23,605 nucleotides of DNA from an uncultured Eubacteriales bacterium (GCA_964549955.1 CAZJXZ010000013.1:1-23605); one strand, 5' to 3'; counted from the first letter of the stretch, positions 1 to 8,506 are shown. Numbers and translations: made by a program. The notes: generated from the letters alone by a model not told the origin.

Positions 1-173
1 CATGGAAGACCGGTGATGATTATGATCGATAGGAAAGAGGTCGAGCGGGCTTTGAAAAGGAGCTAAAATTGACAACGATTTTCTCTTCTGCTAAGATTAG
101 CGGGACTAAAATCCAGGGTCAATTTTCAGAGTTTTCTGCTCGGCGAGTAAAATTTTCCTTGATAGGTCATTTT

Positions 174-249
174 CGGGGAGTAGCGCAGCCTGGTTTAGCG
201 CGCCTGCCTTGGGAGCAGGAGGTCGTCGGTTCAAATCCGATCTCCCCGA
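174..249 (+). tRNA. tRNA-Pro (anticodon UGG)
   Basis: Folded by hand into a cloverleaf. Acceptor 174-180 CGGGGAG pairs with 242-248 CTCCCCG. D-stem GCGC/GCGC. Anticodon stem CCTGC/GCAGG with loop CTTGGGA: U33, anticodon TGG, G37. T-loop TTCAAAT. Discriminator A249. No CCA encoded. 76 nt. Confidence 0.85.
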
Positions 250-313
250 TTAGAATTCATGGCTTGAGAGATATCATTCTGGCCTTGGAATGAATTTTGA
301 AAGCAAAAAGAGC

Positions 314-390
314 GCGCCTGTAGCTCAGGTGGATAGAGCAGCTGCCTTCTAAGCAGCGGGTCGGGGGTTCGAGTCCCTCCAGGCGTGCCA
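314..390 (+). tRNA. tRNA-Arg (anticodon UCU)
   Basis: Cloverleaf folded by hand. Acceptor 314-320 GCGCCTG pairs with 380-386 CAGGCGT, with a G1-U72 wobble. U8 A9. D-stem GCTC/GAGC. Anticodon stem GCTGC/GCAGC perfect; loop CTTCTAA gives anticodon TCT with A37. T-stem GGGGG/CCCTC; T-loop TTCGAGT. Discriminator G; CCA encoded at 388-390. Confidence 0.8.
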
Positions 391-704
391 GCTTTTCCTT
401 TATATGAGCGGAATGGAAATTGACTATTGGCTGGCCTTGCTGATTGAAAAATAAGTCTGTCTGCCCTCCAATCCCCCATGGCTATCGTTCTGACCCCTAT
501 AGGTGAGGCTACAAACTAAAAATTCACCTTCGCAATCCCCTCTATCGATGATTGACAGTTTGGAACTTCTTTGAGACTATATGAGGGAATTTAGCGCTGC
601 TTGGCTGATTAAAGCTTTTTTAATAAAGAAAAACTAGGGTGTTGAATTCGTCATTTATAAAATGAACATCAAAAGCTTTTTATGCAAAAAACGTCAGCAG
701 CAGT

Positions 705-719
705 TGACAAAGATTGTCA
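705..719. promoter_or_regulatory. Perfect palindrome TGACAA-AGA-TTGTCA upstream of pilB. Candidate operator of the same family as the pilin upstream palindromes. It overlaps a TTGACA -35-like hexamer.
   Basis: Read directly: 705-710 TGACAA, 714-719 TTGTCA (the reverse complement), about 40 bp upstream of the pilB ATG. The same half-sites at the same 3-bp spacing recur at 7618..7632 and 8492..8506. Confidence 0.4.
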
Positions 720-756
720 AAATTATTATTTTATTCGAGCAGGGTGAGGACAAAAA

Positions 757-2481
757 ATGGCATCAAATCTTGGTGAGCTGCTTTTAAGGGAAAAGCTCAT
801 TTCTGCAGAGCAGCTAAAAAATGCTCTGGAGTTTGAAAAGAAAAATAAAGTTCCTGTCTCAACGGCCCTTATCAGTCTGGGTTATGTCTCGGAAGAAGAA
901 ATGGCCCAGGCGCTAAGCCGCCAGCTAGGGTATCCTTACATCGACCTCGGCCAGTTCGAAGTCTACCCTGATGTCATTGAGCTTATCCCCGTCGATATCG
1001 CCAAGAAACATATGATCATGCCCATTCATCGCATTCGCTCCTTCCTGACCATGGCCATGGTCGACCCCACTGACCTTGATGTCATCGAGAATGTCAGGTT
1101 CAGAACGAACCTGAGTATCCAGCCAGTTATTGCCTCTGAGTCGGGAATATTAGATGCCATAAACAAATACTATGGCACCACCGACGCCTTAAAAGTTAAA
1201 GAGATTATCGATGAGATTGAACATTCTGAGGATACAGCCATAAACGTCATCGAGGAAGAGGGTGAAGAGTACAGTATCGAAGAGCTGGTTCACTCCACTG
1301 AAGAAGCTCCAATCATCACTCTTGTCAATACGGTGTTTATGGATGCCATAAAAAAAGGGGCGAGTGATATCCATTTTGAGCCGTATGAGAAATCCTTCCG
1401 CATAAGATACCGGATTGACGGAATTCTTCATGAGATGATGGACCTTGCCTTGAAATTCAAGAACCCGGTGACCTCCCGCGTTAAGATTCTCTCCAACATG
1501 GATATAGCCGAAAAGAGGTTACCCCAGGACGGTCGAGTCAAAGTGAGAGTGAAGCTTGGAGAGAACAACCGCAAAGAAGTTGACATGCGTGTCTCATGCG
1601 TGCCGACGATTTTTGGAGAGAAGGTTGTTTCTCGTATCCTTGACAAAGAAATGCTGAAGCTAGACCTGACAAAACTGGGCTTTGAGCCTGAGTCCCTTGA
1701 TATCTTCAAGAAGGCAATTGTCAGGCCCTGGGGGATCATTCTTGTCACCGGGCCTACGGGAAGCGGAAAAACAAACACCCTCTACTCTGCTATTTCCAAT
1801 CTCAACTCACAGGAGAAAAATATTCTGACGGCAGAAGACCCGGTCGAGTTCAACATCCCGGGAGTCAACCAGGTCCACATCAAAGAAGAAATTGGATTAA
1901 CCTTCTCCTCCGCTCTTCGCTCTTTCTTGCGGCAGGACCCGGATATTATGCTTGTCGGAGAGATGCGAGACTATGAAACCGTAGACATCGCCATCAAAGC
2001 CGCCCTAACTGGGCACTTGGTTTTCTCAACGGTTCACACCAACGATGCCGCCAGCACGATTGTCAGGCTGATCAACATGAATGTCGAGACGTTTTTGATC
2101 GCAGATTCTCTTATTTTAATCGCAGCCCAAAGGCTGGTGAGACGCCTCTGCAAGAAATGCAACGAAGAGCACAAGCTCTCTCCTGATGCTTTGGTCGACA
2201 TAGGATATACGCCAGAAGAAGCGAAAGAAGTCAAAGCTCTTAAGCCTAAGGGCTGCTCCTTTTGCAATGATACAGGCTATAAGGGAAGAGTCGGGCTCTA
2301 CGAGGTCATGCAGATTACCGATGAGATAAGGAGCATGATTTTGAGCAGGGCTCAGCCCAGAGAAATGAAGAAAAAAGCCATTGAAGAGGGGATGATTACC
2401 TTGCGGCGAAGCGGTTTGATCAAGATCAAAGAGGGAGTTACCTCAATCGAAGAAGTTTTAAGAGAGACTGTAAGAGATTAA
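757..2481 (+). CDS. pilB: Type IV pilus assembly ATPase PilB (GspE-family secretion ATPase)
   Basis: 574 aa. GspE N-terminal domain. Walker A GPTGSGKT. Asp/His boxes and Walker B DIMLVGEMRD. Tetracysteine zinc motif CKKC-x27-CSFC. SD GGTGAGGA upstream. First gene of the pilB-pilT-pilC block. Confidence 0.9.
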   Translation: MASNLGELLLREKLISAEQLKNALEFEKKNKVPVSTALISLGYVSEEEMAQALSRQLGYPYIDLGQFEVYPDVIELIPVDIAKKHMIMPIHRIRSFLTMAMVDPTDLDVIENVRFRTNLSIQPVIASESGILDAINKYYGTTDALKVKEIIDEIEHSEDTAINVIEEEGEEYSIEELVHSTEEAPIITLVNTVFMDAIKKGASDIHFEPYEKSFRIRYRIDGILHEMMDLALKFKNPVTSRVKILSNMDIAEKRLPQDGRVKVRVKLGENNRKEVDMRVSCVPTIFGEKVVSRILDKEMLKLDLTKLGFEPESLDIFKKAIVRPWGIILVTGPTGSGKTNTLYSAISNLNSQEKNILTAEDPVEFNIPGVNQVHIKEEIGLTFSSALRSFLRQDPDIMLVGEMRDYETVDIAIKAALTGHLVFSTVHTNDAASTIVRLINMNVETFLIADSLILIAAQRLVRRLCKKCNEEHKLSPDALVDIGYTPEEAKEVKALKPKGCSFCNDTGYKGRVGLYEVMQITDEIRSMILSRAQPREMKKKAIEEGMITLRRSGLIKIKEGVTSIEEVLRETVRD

Positions 2482-2492
2482 AAGGTGAGCAA

Positions 2493-3599
2493 ATGAAACT
2501 GAACATGCAGGAATTGCTTAAGACTACAGTGCAAAGGGATGCCAGCGACCTCCATATCACAAGCCATATTCCGCCGAGGATAAGGGTCGATGGAGTCATT
2601 GTCTCGCTCGACTATCCGCCGATGACAGCGGCTGAGACAAAAGAGCTCATCTACACCCTTTTAACAGATAAGCAGAAGAAAATATTCGAGGAAAAGCTTG
2701 AGCTCGATTTCTCCTTTGGCATCAAAGACTTAGGACGGTTCCGCGGGAACGTTTTTATGCAGAAAGGAGCCGTGGCTGGGGCCTTTCGCAGGTTCCCTCC
2801 AGAGGTCATGAGCTTTGCTCAATTGGGGATTCCGGCCAAGCTCGCCCAGCTCTGCTACCTGCCCAGAGGATTAATCCTGATTACCGGGCCGACTGGCTGC
2901 GGAAAATCAACGACTCTGGCCTGCATGGTCAACCACATCAATATGAACAGAAGCGTGCACGTTGTGACCATAGAGGACCCTATCGAATATTTCTTCGTTC
3001 CAAAGAAATCAATCATAAACCAGAGAGAGCTCAATGTGGACACGCTGTCCTATCCCAACGCCCTTCGCTCTGTTTTGAGAGAGGACCCGGATGTTGTCTT
3101 GGTTGGAGAGATGAGGGACCTTTCAACCACAGAATCCACGCTGAGGGTCGCCGAAACCGGGCATCTCACCTTTTCCACTCTCCATACCAATTCAGCCGCT
3201 GAGACAATTTCAAGGATTGTCGATATTTTCCCATCCCAGCTCCAGTCCCAGACGAGAATCACGCTCTCCATGTGCTTGGAAGCGGTGATAACTCAAGCCC
3301 TCTTGCCCAAGGCAGACGGCAGGGGCAGGGTTCTGGCTATGGAGATACTCATCCCTAACGTCGCTATCAGGAATCTTATCAGAGAAAACAAGATTCACCA
3401 GATATACTCCTCGATGCAGATGGGGCAGGAAAAATTTGGGATGATGACATTTAACCAATCCCTGGCCGGGCTTTATTTCAGAGGATTAATCAGCCTTGAG
3501 ACCGCCATGGGAGTTTCCTACAAGCCAGAAGAGCTGACAGAGATTATTCAAAGGGGAAGGGGAAGCTTCATGGCCATGACTTCTGAAAAAACTAAATAA
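2493..3599 (+). CDS. pilT: Type IV pilus retraction (twitching-motility) ATPase PilT
   Basis: 368 aa. Walker A GPTGCGKST. Walker B VVLVGEMRD. PilT-specific AIRNLIRE motif (NVAIRNLIRENKIHQI). No zinc tetracysteine motif. SD AAGGTGA. Confidence 0.9.
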   Translation: MKLNMQELLKTTVQRDASDLHITSHIPPRIRVDGVIVSLDYPPMTAAETKELIYTLLTDKQKKIFEEKLELDFSFGIKDLGRFRGNVFMQKGAVAGAFRRFPPEVMSFAQLGIPAKLAQLCYLPRGLILITGPTGCGKSTTLACMVNHINMNRSVHVVTIEDPIEYFFVPKKSIINQRELNVDTLSYPNALRSVLREDPDVVLVGEMRDLSTTESTLRVAETGHLTFSTLHTNSAAETISRIVDIFPSQLQSQTRITLSMCLEAVITQALLPKADGRGRVLAMEILIPNVAIRNLIRENKIHQIYSSMQMGQEKFGMMTFNQSLAGLYFRGLISLETAMGVSYKPEELTEIIQRGRGSFMAMTSEKTK

Positions 3600-3617
3600 T
3601 AAAAAAGGGAGAGAAAA

Positions 3618-4820
3618 ATGGCTGTTTATGTTTGGGAGGGCAGAAATCGATTTGGGGACCTTGTCCGAGGGGAGCGCGTGGCCAGGTCTCCAGAGGATCT
3701 TACAAGGACCCTGCGAAGAGAGCAGATCACCGTATCTTCCATCGCCAAGAAAGCTGTAAAGTTCAAGATTCCTTTTCTCAAGAGAGAGAGAGTCTCACTC
3801 AAAGAATTGGCAGTTTATAGCCGGCAGCTTTCAGTGTTGATAGACGCCGACCTTCCTTTGATCCAGAGCCTGAACATGCTTGCCGAGCAGACCAAGAACC
3901 ACTATTTAAAAAGGGTCATTCAGACCGTGAGGAAAGATGTTGAAGGCGGCGCCACTTTGAATCAGGCCAAGAAGAAATTTCCAAAGGTCTTTGATGACCT
4001 TTATTGCAACCTTGTGGCTTCAGGTGAGCAGAGCGGTTCTCTTGACGTCATGCTCAGGCGATTATCAGAGTTTCTGGAAAAAATTCTCAAGTTGAGGTCT
4101 CAGGTCAAGCAGGCGATGACTTATCCTATAGCTGTCTTCGCTTTTTCAATCCTGGTGATGATTTTCATGATGTGGAAAGTTGTGCCGATTTTTTCCGGGA
4201 TTTTTTTAGAGCTGGGCGCTAACCTTCCTTTCTTGACAAGGATAACCTTGGCTGTCAGCATCTTTATCCAGAAATATATCTTGATCGTCGTCGTGGCCAT
4301 AATTGGCTTTGTCTTTCTTTCCAGGTATTTTGTTCAGACGCCCACAGGGAGAAATGCGAAAGATACCGCATTGCTAAGGATACCTCTCTTCGGAAAGCTG
4401 CTGGAGAAAGTCGCCCTGTCTCGAATCACCCGAACCTTGAGCACTCTCCTCAGTGGAGGCGTGCCCATGCTGGAGAGCTTAAAAATCACTTCCTCGACAG
4501 CCGGCAATGTGATTATCGAGAGCCGCATTCTTGAAGCAAGAGGTCGGGTCGCGGGAGGAGCAAGCCTGATGGATGCCTTGAAGGAAAGAGCCCATTTTCC
4601 TTTCATGTTAACTCAGATGGTGGGCGTGGGAGAAGCCACAGGAAACCTGGATGCCATGTTGACCAAGCTCGCAGATTTTTATGACGAAGAGGTCGAGGCT
4701 GCGGTCGGCTCCCTTCTTTCCATACTGGAGCCGATTCTTCTCATCTTTGTCGGCGGACTGATCGGAACCATTGTTATTTCCATGTACCTTCCTGTCTTCA
4801 ACTTAATGCAGCAGTTCTAA
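3618..4820 (+). CDS. pilC: Type IV pilus inner-membrane platform protein PilC (GspF family)
   Basis: 400 aa. Two GspF-type repeats with hydrophobic TM segments. It sits immediately after pilT. SD GGGAGAG. Confidence 0.88.
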   Translation: MAVYVWEGRNRFGDLVRGERVARSPEDLTRTLRREQITVSSIAKKAVKFKIPFLKRERVSLKELAVYSRQLSVLIDADLPLIQSLNMLAEQTKNHYLKRVIQTVRKDVEGGATLNQAKKKFPKVFDDLYCNLVASGEQSGSLDVMLRRLSEFLEKILKLRSQVKQAMTYPIAVFAFSILVMIFMMWKVVPIFSGIFLELGANLPFLTRITLAVSIFIQKYILIVVVAIIGFVFLSRYFVQTPTGRNAKDTALLRIPLFGKLLEKVALSRITRTLSTLLSGGVPMLESLKITSSTAGNVIIESRILEARGRVAGGASLMDALKERAHFPFMLTQMVGVGEATGNLDAMLTKLADFYDEEVEAAVGSLLSILEPILLIFVGGLIGTIVISMYLPVFNLMQQF

Positions 4821-4887
4821 GAATCGAGAAAAGAAAAGATAATATTTTATCAAATTTAAAAGGGACAATGATTGAGAGAAGGAGTAA

Positions 4888-6201
4888 ATGGCTAACAGGC
4901 AGGACGCAGAGGGGATAGACGCAAAAAAAAAAGATATTTTAAGGCTGATTCTGATTCGCTTTATCATTGTCACCTCCCTCCTCGTTTCAGCAGTCATCAT
5001 CCAGCTCAGTAAATCAATCTTTCTGCCCCTTTACCCTTTCTACTACCTAATCCTTCTTTTTCTCGCTTTCATCCTTCTCTCTTTCATCTATATCATGCTC
5101 TATCTGTTAGGTAGGTATTATGTGGCTCAAGTCTGCGTTCAAATTTTCTTTGACCTTCTCCTGATCACAGCCCTTGTCTATCTTTCTGGAGGTTTGCAGG
5201 GATCTTTTTATTTCCTCTATATTTTTGATATCATCGCTGCCAGCCTCGTTCTTTCCAAGCGCGCGGCCTATCTCACTGCAGCACTTTCAGCGATATTTTT
5301 TGGCCTTCTTGTGGATTTGATGTATTTTGGGATCATCCATTATTTTGGCTCTGATACTATGGAGATCTCCTTCGGTCTTGTCATCAACAATATCTTTATC
5401 GCCTGGAGTGTCTTCTTTCTGATTGCCGTTTTGATGAATTATCTGACCGAGAGCCTGCGCAAGGCTCGCAACGAGCTTCGCCGGGCTCAAAAAGAGCTTG
5501 AAATCAGGAACCGGCTGGCAGTGGCCGGAGAAGTCTCAGCCCAGCTTGCTCATGAAATAAGGAATCCTTTGGCAGCCATCTCAGGTTCGGTCCAGGTTTT
5601 AAAGGATGAATTAGGATTGAACGGCGAGCAGCGAGAATTGATGAACATCGTCGTCGAAGAATCAAAAAGAATTTCTCAATCCATCGAGCAATTCCTGAAT
5701 CTTGCCTCCCCTGTCCAGAAGACATTTTCCTCTGTTGACCTCTCTGCTATCTTAAGAGAAACTCTTATCCTCCTCAAGAGAAGCGGGGAAGTCGACGGCA
5801 AAGTGCACATCGAGGGGAATTATAAATCAATAACTGTTCATTATTTCGGGAACATCAATCAGTTCAAACAGCTCTTCTGGAACCTTATCAAGAATGCCAT
5901 CAAAGCCATGCCTGGCGGTGGAACTTTGACTATAGATTTTATGAGAGTGAAGAAGGATAAAATCCAGCTGAAGTTTGCCGATACGGGAGTGGGCATGACT
6001 GCTGAGGAAAAGCAGAGGATATTCGAGCCGTACTTTTCAGGATTTGGGGACGGAAAAGGCATTGGACTGAGCGTTGTTCGCCGTATTGTTGATGACTATA
6101 AGGGGAGAATCGATATCAGCTCCGAGCCTAATAAGGGGACTGAGGTTATTATAACTCTTCCCTTTGAAAGGTATGGGCTTTGGAAACAAGAGAATAAATA
6201 A
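4888..6201 (+). CDS. pilS: PilS-like sensor histidine kinase (multi-pass membrane N-terminus, HisKA, HATPase_c)
   Basis: 437 aa. About 6 hydrophobic helices in the first ~190 aa. H-box LAHEIRNPLAAISG. N/G1/G2 ATP-lid motifs (DTGVGM, GKGIGLS). SD AAGGAG 7 nt upstream. It directly precedes the response regulator. Confidence 0.8.
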   Translation: MANRQDAEGIDAKKKDILRLILIRFIIVTSLLVSAVIIQLSKSIFLPLYPFYYLILLFLAFILLSFIYIMLYLLGRYYVAQVCVQIFFDLLLITALVYLSGGLQGSFYFLYIFDIIAASLVLSKRAAYLTAALSAIFFGLLVDLMYFGIIHYFGSDTMEISFGLVINNIFIAWSVFFLIAVLMNYLTESLRKARNELRRAQKELEIRNRLAVAGEVSAQLAHEIRNPLAAISGSVQVLKDELGLNGEQRELMNIVVEESKRISQSIEQFLNLASPVQKTFSSVDLSAILRETLILLKRSGEVDGKVHIEGNYKSITVHYFGNINQFKQLFWNLIKNAIKAMPGGGTLTIDFMRVKKDKIQLKFADTGVGMTAEEKQRIFEPYFSGFGDGKGIGLSVVRRIVDDYKGRIDISSEPNKGTEVIITLPFERYGLWKQENK

Positions 6202-6219
6202 TCAAGGCGAGAGGCCAAA

Positions 6220-7587
6220 ACGGAAAAGATACTTATTATCGAAGACGAGAAGAGTATTCTTGACCTTCTCACCGTAGTCTTCAGAAAACAGGGTTATAAA
6301 GTCGAGTCGGCTATTTCTGCTCCCAAAGCTCTTGATTTGCTGAAAAGCCAGAGCTTTGACCTTGTCCTTTCTGATATAAAGCTTCCTCAACTAAGCGGAA
6401 TGGAGATATTGCGGCAAGTCAAAAAGGAAAAGCCGGACGTTCCGGTCCTTATGATTACAGCCTACGGGAATATCAAAGAAGCGGTGGAAGCCATGAAGGC
6501 GGGCGCTCTGGACTATATTCTCAAGCCTTTCGATGTGGAAGAGCTGAAGATTATCATCGCCCAGGCGTTGGAAAAGAGGAGATTGAAGAAAGAAAATATC
6601 GAGCTCAGAAAAGAGCTCAAGGAGAAATACAGTTTTGAGAATATCGTGGGAAAGAGCAAGAGAATGATGGAAGTCTACAACCTGATCGAGAAGATTGCCG
6701 TCACAGACTCGACTATTCTCATCACAGGAGAAAGCGGGACAGGAAAAGAGATGGCAGCCAGAGCCATCCATACTCTCAGCCCCCGCCGGGAAAAATCTTT
6801 TGTTTCCATAAACTGCGGCGCCCTTCCGGAGCATCTTCTGGAGAGCGAGCTTTTCGGGCATAAGAAAGGGTCTTTCACCGATGCCGTGGCTGATAAAGAG
6901 GGGATGTTTGAAGTTGCCGAGGGAGGGACATTGTTCTTGGATGAAGTCGGAGAGACATCGTCCGTGACCCAGGTGAAACTCCTCAGGACCCTCCAGGACA
7001 AGAAGATAAGAAGAGTGGGCGGAACAGAGGAGATTCCGGTGGATGTCAGAATCATTGCCGCCACCAACCAGAATTTGAAGAAGAAAATTGATGAGGGCAA
7101 GTTCCGGGAAGACCTTTTTTACAGGCTTAATGTCATCTCTTTTGAGATGCCACCCTTAAGAAAGAAGAAGGAAGACCTGCCTCTCCTCGTTTCCCATTTC
7201 CTCAAGAAATATTGCGATAAGATGGGAATAAAGACCAAAAGAATAGCTCCAGAGGTGATGAACGTCTTCGAGTCTTATCACTGGCCAGGAAATGTTAGGG
7301 AGTTGGAGAATGTCATCGAAAGGGTGGTGGCCATCGAGGAGAGGAATGTCATCACCAGAGAGAGCCTTCCTGAAGAGCTCCTTTCACCCCATAAGAAGCC
7401 TGATACAGGATACCTCTTTGAGCCTGGCTTTAAGCTCGAGGACCATCTCGATGAGATTACAAAGAATTATATCAGACAGGCACGACAGGCCACGGATGGG
7501 AATCTCAGAAAAACTGCTTCACTTTTAGGAGTCAGCTACCGTACGTTAAGATACCTTATAGATAAACATAGCCTGAAGTCTTCTTGA
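6220..7587 (+). CDS. pilR: Sigma54-dependent NtrC-family response regulator PilR-like (receiver + AAA+ + Fis-type HTH)
   Basis: Receiver domain with acidic pocket IIEDE and phospho-acceptor Asp in DLVLSDIKLP. AAA+ Walker A GESGTGKE. Sigma54-contact loop ELFGHKKGSFTDA (a GAFTGA variant). C-terminal HTH LRKTASLLGVSYRTLRY. The conserved N-terminus (EKILIIEDE) lies upstream of the first canonical start (TTG 6337). The only codon in position is ACG at 6220, preceded by GAGAGG with 5-nt spacing. The conservative span is 6337..7587. Confidence 0.82.
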   Translation, partial: TEKILIIEDEKSILDLLTVVFRKQGYKVESAISAPKALDLLKSQSFDLVLSDIKLPQLSGMEILRQVKKEKPDVPVLMITAYGNIKEAVEAMKAGALDYILKPFDVEELKIIIAQALEKRRLKKENIELRKELKEKYSFENIVGKSKRMMEVYNLIEKIAVTDSTILITGESGTGKEMAARAIHTLSPRREKSFVSINCGALPEHLLESELFGHKKGSFTDAVADKEGMFEVAEGGTLFLDEVGETSSVTQVKLLRTLQDKKIRRVGGTEEIPVDVRIIAATNQNLKKKIDEGKFREDLFYRLNVISFEMPPLRKKKEDLPLLVSHFLKKYCDKMGIKTKRIAPEVMNVFESYHWPGNVRELENVIERVVAIEERNVITRESLPEELLSPHKKPDTGYLFEPGFKLEDHLDEITKNYIRQARQATDGNLRKTASLLGVSYRTLRYLIDKHSLKSS

Positions 7588-7617
7588 TAGAAATCGTTTA
7601 AGGCGGCTGGGGTCAAA

Positions 7618-7632
7618 TGACAAAATTTGTCA
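7618..7632. promoter_or_regulatory. Upstream activator-like palindrome TGACAA-AAT-TTGTCA, about 100 bp upstream of the sigma54 -24 element. Candidate PilR (bEBP) binding site.
   Basis: Perfect 15-bp palindrome read directly. Its position relative to the -24/-12 promoter fits enhancer-binding-protein UAS geometry. A TGTC core is also part of the reported Pseudomonas PilR site. Confidence 0.45.
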
Positions 7633-7697
7633 AGATTAGGTCAGAAATTGTTATTTTCAAGGTGAGATAATGCTGATTTCTAAATTAACTTATTAAA

Positions 7698-7710
7698 TAT
7701 CAATAATTTA
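7698..7710. promoter_or_regulatory. IHF-like site TATCAATAATTTA (consensus WATCAANNNNTTR) between the UAS and the sigma54 promoter
   Basis: An exact consensus match sitting inside an AT-rich spacer. That placement is typical of IHF-assisted DNA looping at sigma54 promoters. Confidence 0.3.
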
Positions 7711-7724
7711 AAAAAAATTCCATT

Positions 7725-7740
7725 TGGCACATTAATTGCA
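7725..7740 (+). promoter_or_regulatory. Sigma54 (RpoN) -24/-12 promoter TGGCAC-N5-TTGCA driving pilA1
   Basis: GG at 7726-7727 and GC at 7738-7739 with exact 10-nt spacing. The full consensus is TGGCAC..TTGCA. It lies about 65 bp upstream of the pilA1 ATG, and the sigma54 activator gene sits immediately upstream. Confidence 0.85.
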
Positions 7741-7807
7741 TTTAAATTTAACCTTGAAAAAAATTTGAGAAAGACTTGAGAGAGTCGCTCAAAAAAAGGA
7801 GGTTTCA

Positions 7808-8338
7808 ATGTTAAAAAAAGTTAGAGGCTTCACGCTCATCGAGCTGCTGATCGTCGTGGCCATCATCGGAATTCTTGCCGCACTTCTCATTCCCAACGCC
7901 ATCACCGCCATCCAGAAAGCCAAGCAGAAAAGCACCATGAAAGACATCACCGTTATTTCCACAGCTATCGCTGACTATGTGACTGACAACGGTGCTGCTC
8001 CCACTTCGAACGGAACTTACAGCGCTGGCGCTGCCTTCTACACCGGCCTTTCTCCTTTCTATGTCAAAGTCCTGCCCATCAACGACCAGTGGGGTTCGGG
8101 CTTCCGCGTATGGTGCGGTGCGGCTGCTAACCAGTATGGCATTTCCTCTCCTGGCACTGATGACTTTCTGGTGGCTTCTTTTGCCCGCGATAAAACACAG
8201 GAAGGTTTTAGCTTCAGCGATACAAACCCTGAAGCCGGACTGTTTGTCATCAGCACCATGGCTGATTTCAACAGGGATTTGGTTATGTGGGATGGCTCCT
8301 GGATTCGTGCTCCTCGTACTGCTGCTACAGGGACATGA
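7808..8338 (+). CDS. pilA: Type IVa major pilin PilA (copy 1)
   Basis: 176 aa. Class III signal peptide MLKKVRG|FTLIELLIVVAIIGILAALLIP with a G-1/F+1 prepilin peptidase site and Glu+5. Hydrophobic alpha1-N helix. Strong SD AAAGGAGG. Only one Cys (VWCG) in the C-terminal region. Confidence 0.88.
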   Translation: MLKKVRGFTLIELLIVVAIIGILAALLIPNAITAIQKAKQKSTMKDITVISTAIADYVTDNGAAPTSNGTYSAGAAFYTGLSPFYVKVLPINDQWGSGFRVWCGAAANQYGISSPGTDDFLVASFARDKTQEGFSFSDTNPEAGLFVISTMADFNRDLVMWDGSWIRAPRTAATGT

Positions 8339-8385
8339 TCCTGAATCGGAGTCTGCTTAGAAGCCTAATTCAAGTCTGAGGAAAA

Positions 8386-8418
8386 GGGCAATGCATCAAG
8401 AGATGCATTGCCCTTTTT
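8386..8418 (+). terminator. Rho-independent terminator after pilA1
   Basis: Perfect 12-bp stem GGGCAATGCATC/GATGCATTGCCC with a 4-nt loop, followed by TTTTT. Confidence 0.8.
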
Positions 8419-8491
8419 CATCTCGTCCTTTTTTTTAATTAGAGAGACAAATCTTAAGAAGACATCGTCGGTCAGAGGAGCTAAGGTCAAA

Positions 8492-8506
8492 TGCCAAAAA
8501 TTGTCA
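8492..8506. promoter_or_regulatory. Upstream palindrome TGCCAA-AAA-TTGTCA. It has one mismatch to the copy-A site and is a candidate bEBP site.
   Basis: It occupies the same relative position as 7618..7632, about 105 bp upstream of the -24 element. Confidence 0.4.

Larger units (their letters stand above)
7611..8421 (+). repeat. Copy A of a roughly 0.88-kb tandem duplication (regulatory region + pilin gene + terminator)
   Basis: It is collinear with 8485..9303 and near-identical in the palindrome/promoter region, the pilin 5' half and the terminator region. The differences cluster in the pilin 3' half. Confidence 0.8.

Noticed and set aside
69-479. ORFs 69..293 (+) and 231..479 (-)
   Set aside because: They overlap the two well-formed tRNA genes and have no SD or motif. 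They are spurious translations of the tRNA region.
640-660. Sigma54-like element TGGCTGATTAAAGC upstream of pilB
   Set aside because: The GG-to-GC spacing is 9 nt rather than 10, and there is no TTGC -12 element.
6337-6339. TTG at 6337 as the pilR start (the ORF-track start)
   Set aside because: It would remove the conserved receiver N-terminus (beta1 and acidic pocket), which is encoded in frame upstream. The true start must lie near 6220.
1189-7100. Antisense or alternate-frame ORFs inside pilB, pilT, pilC, pilS and pilR (e.g. 1428..1778-, 3210..3458-, 4334..4606-, 6391..6861-, 6675..7100-)
   Set aside because: They are fully embedded in strongly supported genes on the opposite strand or in another frame, and their composition is low-complexity. 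They are typical shadow ORFs.
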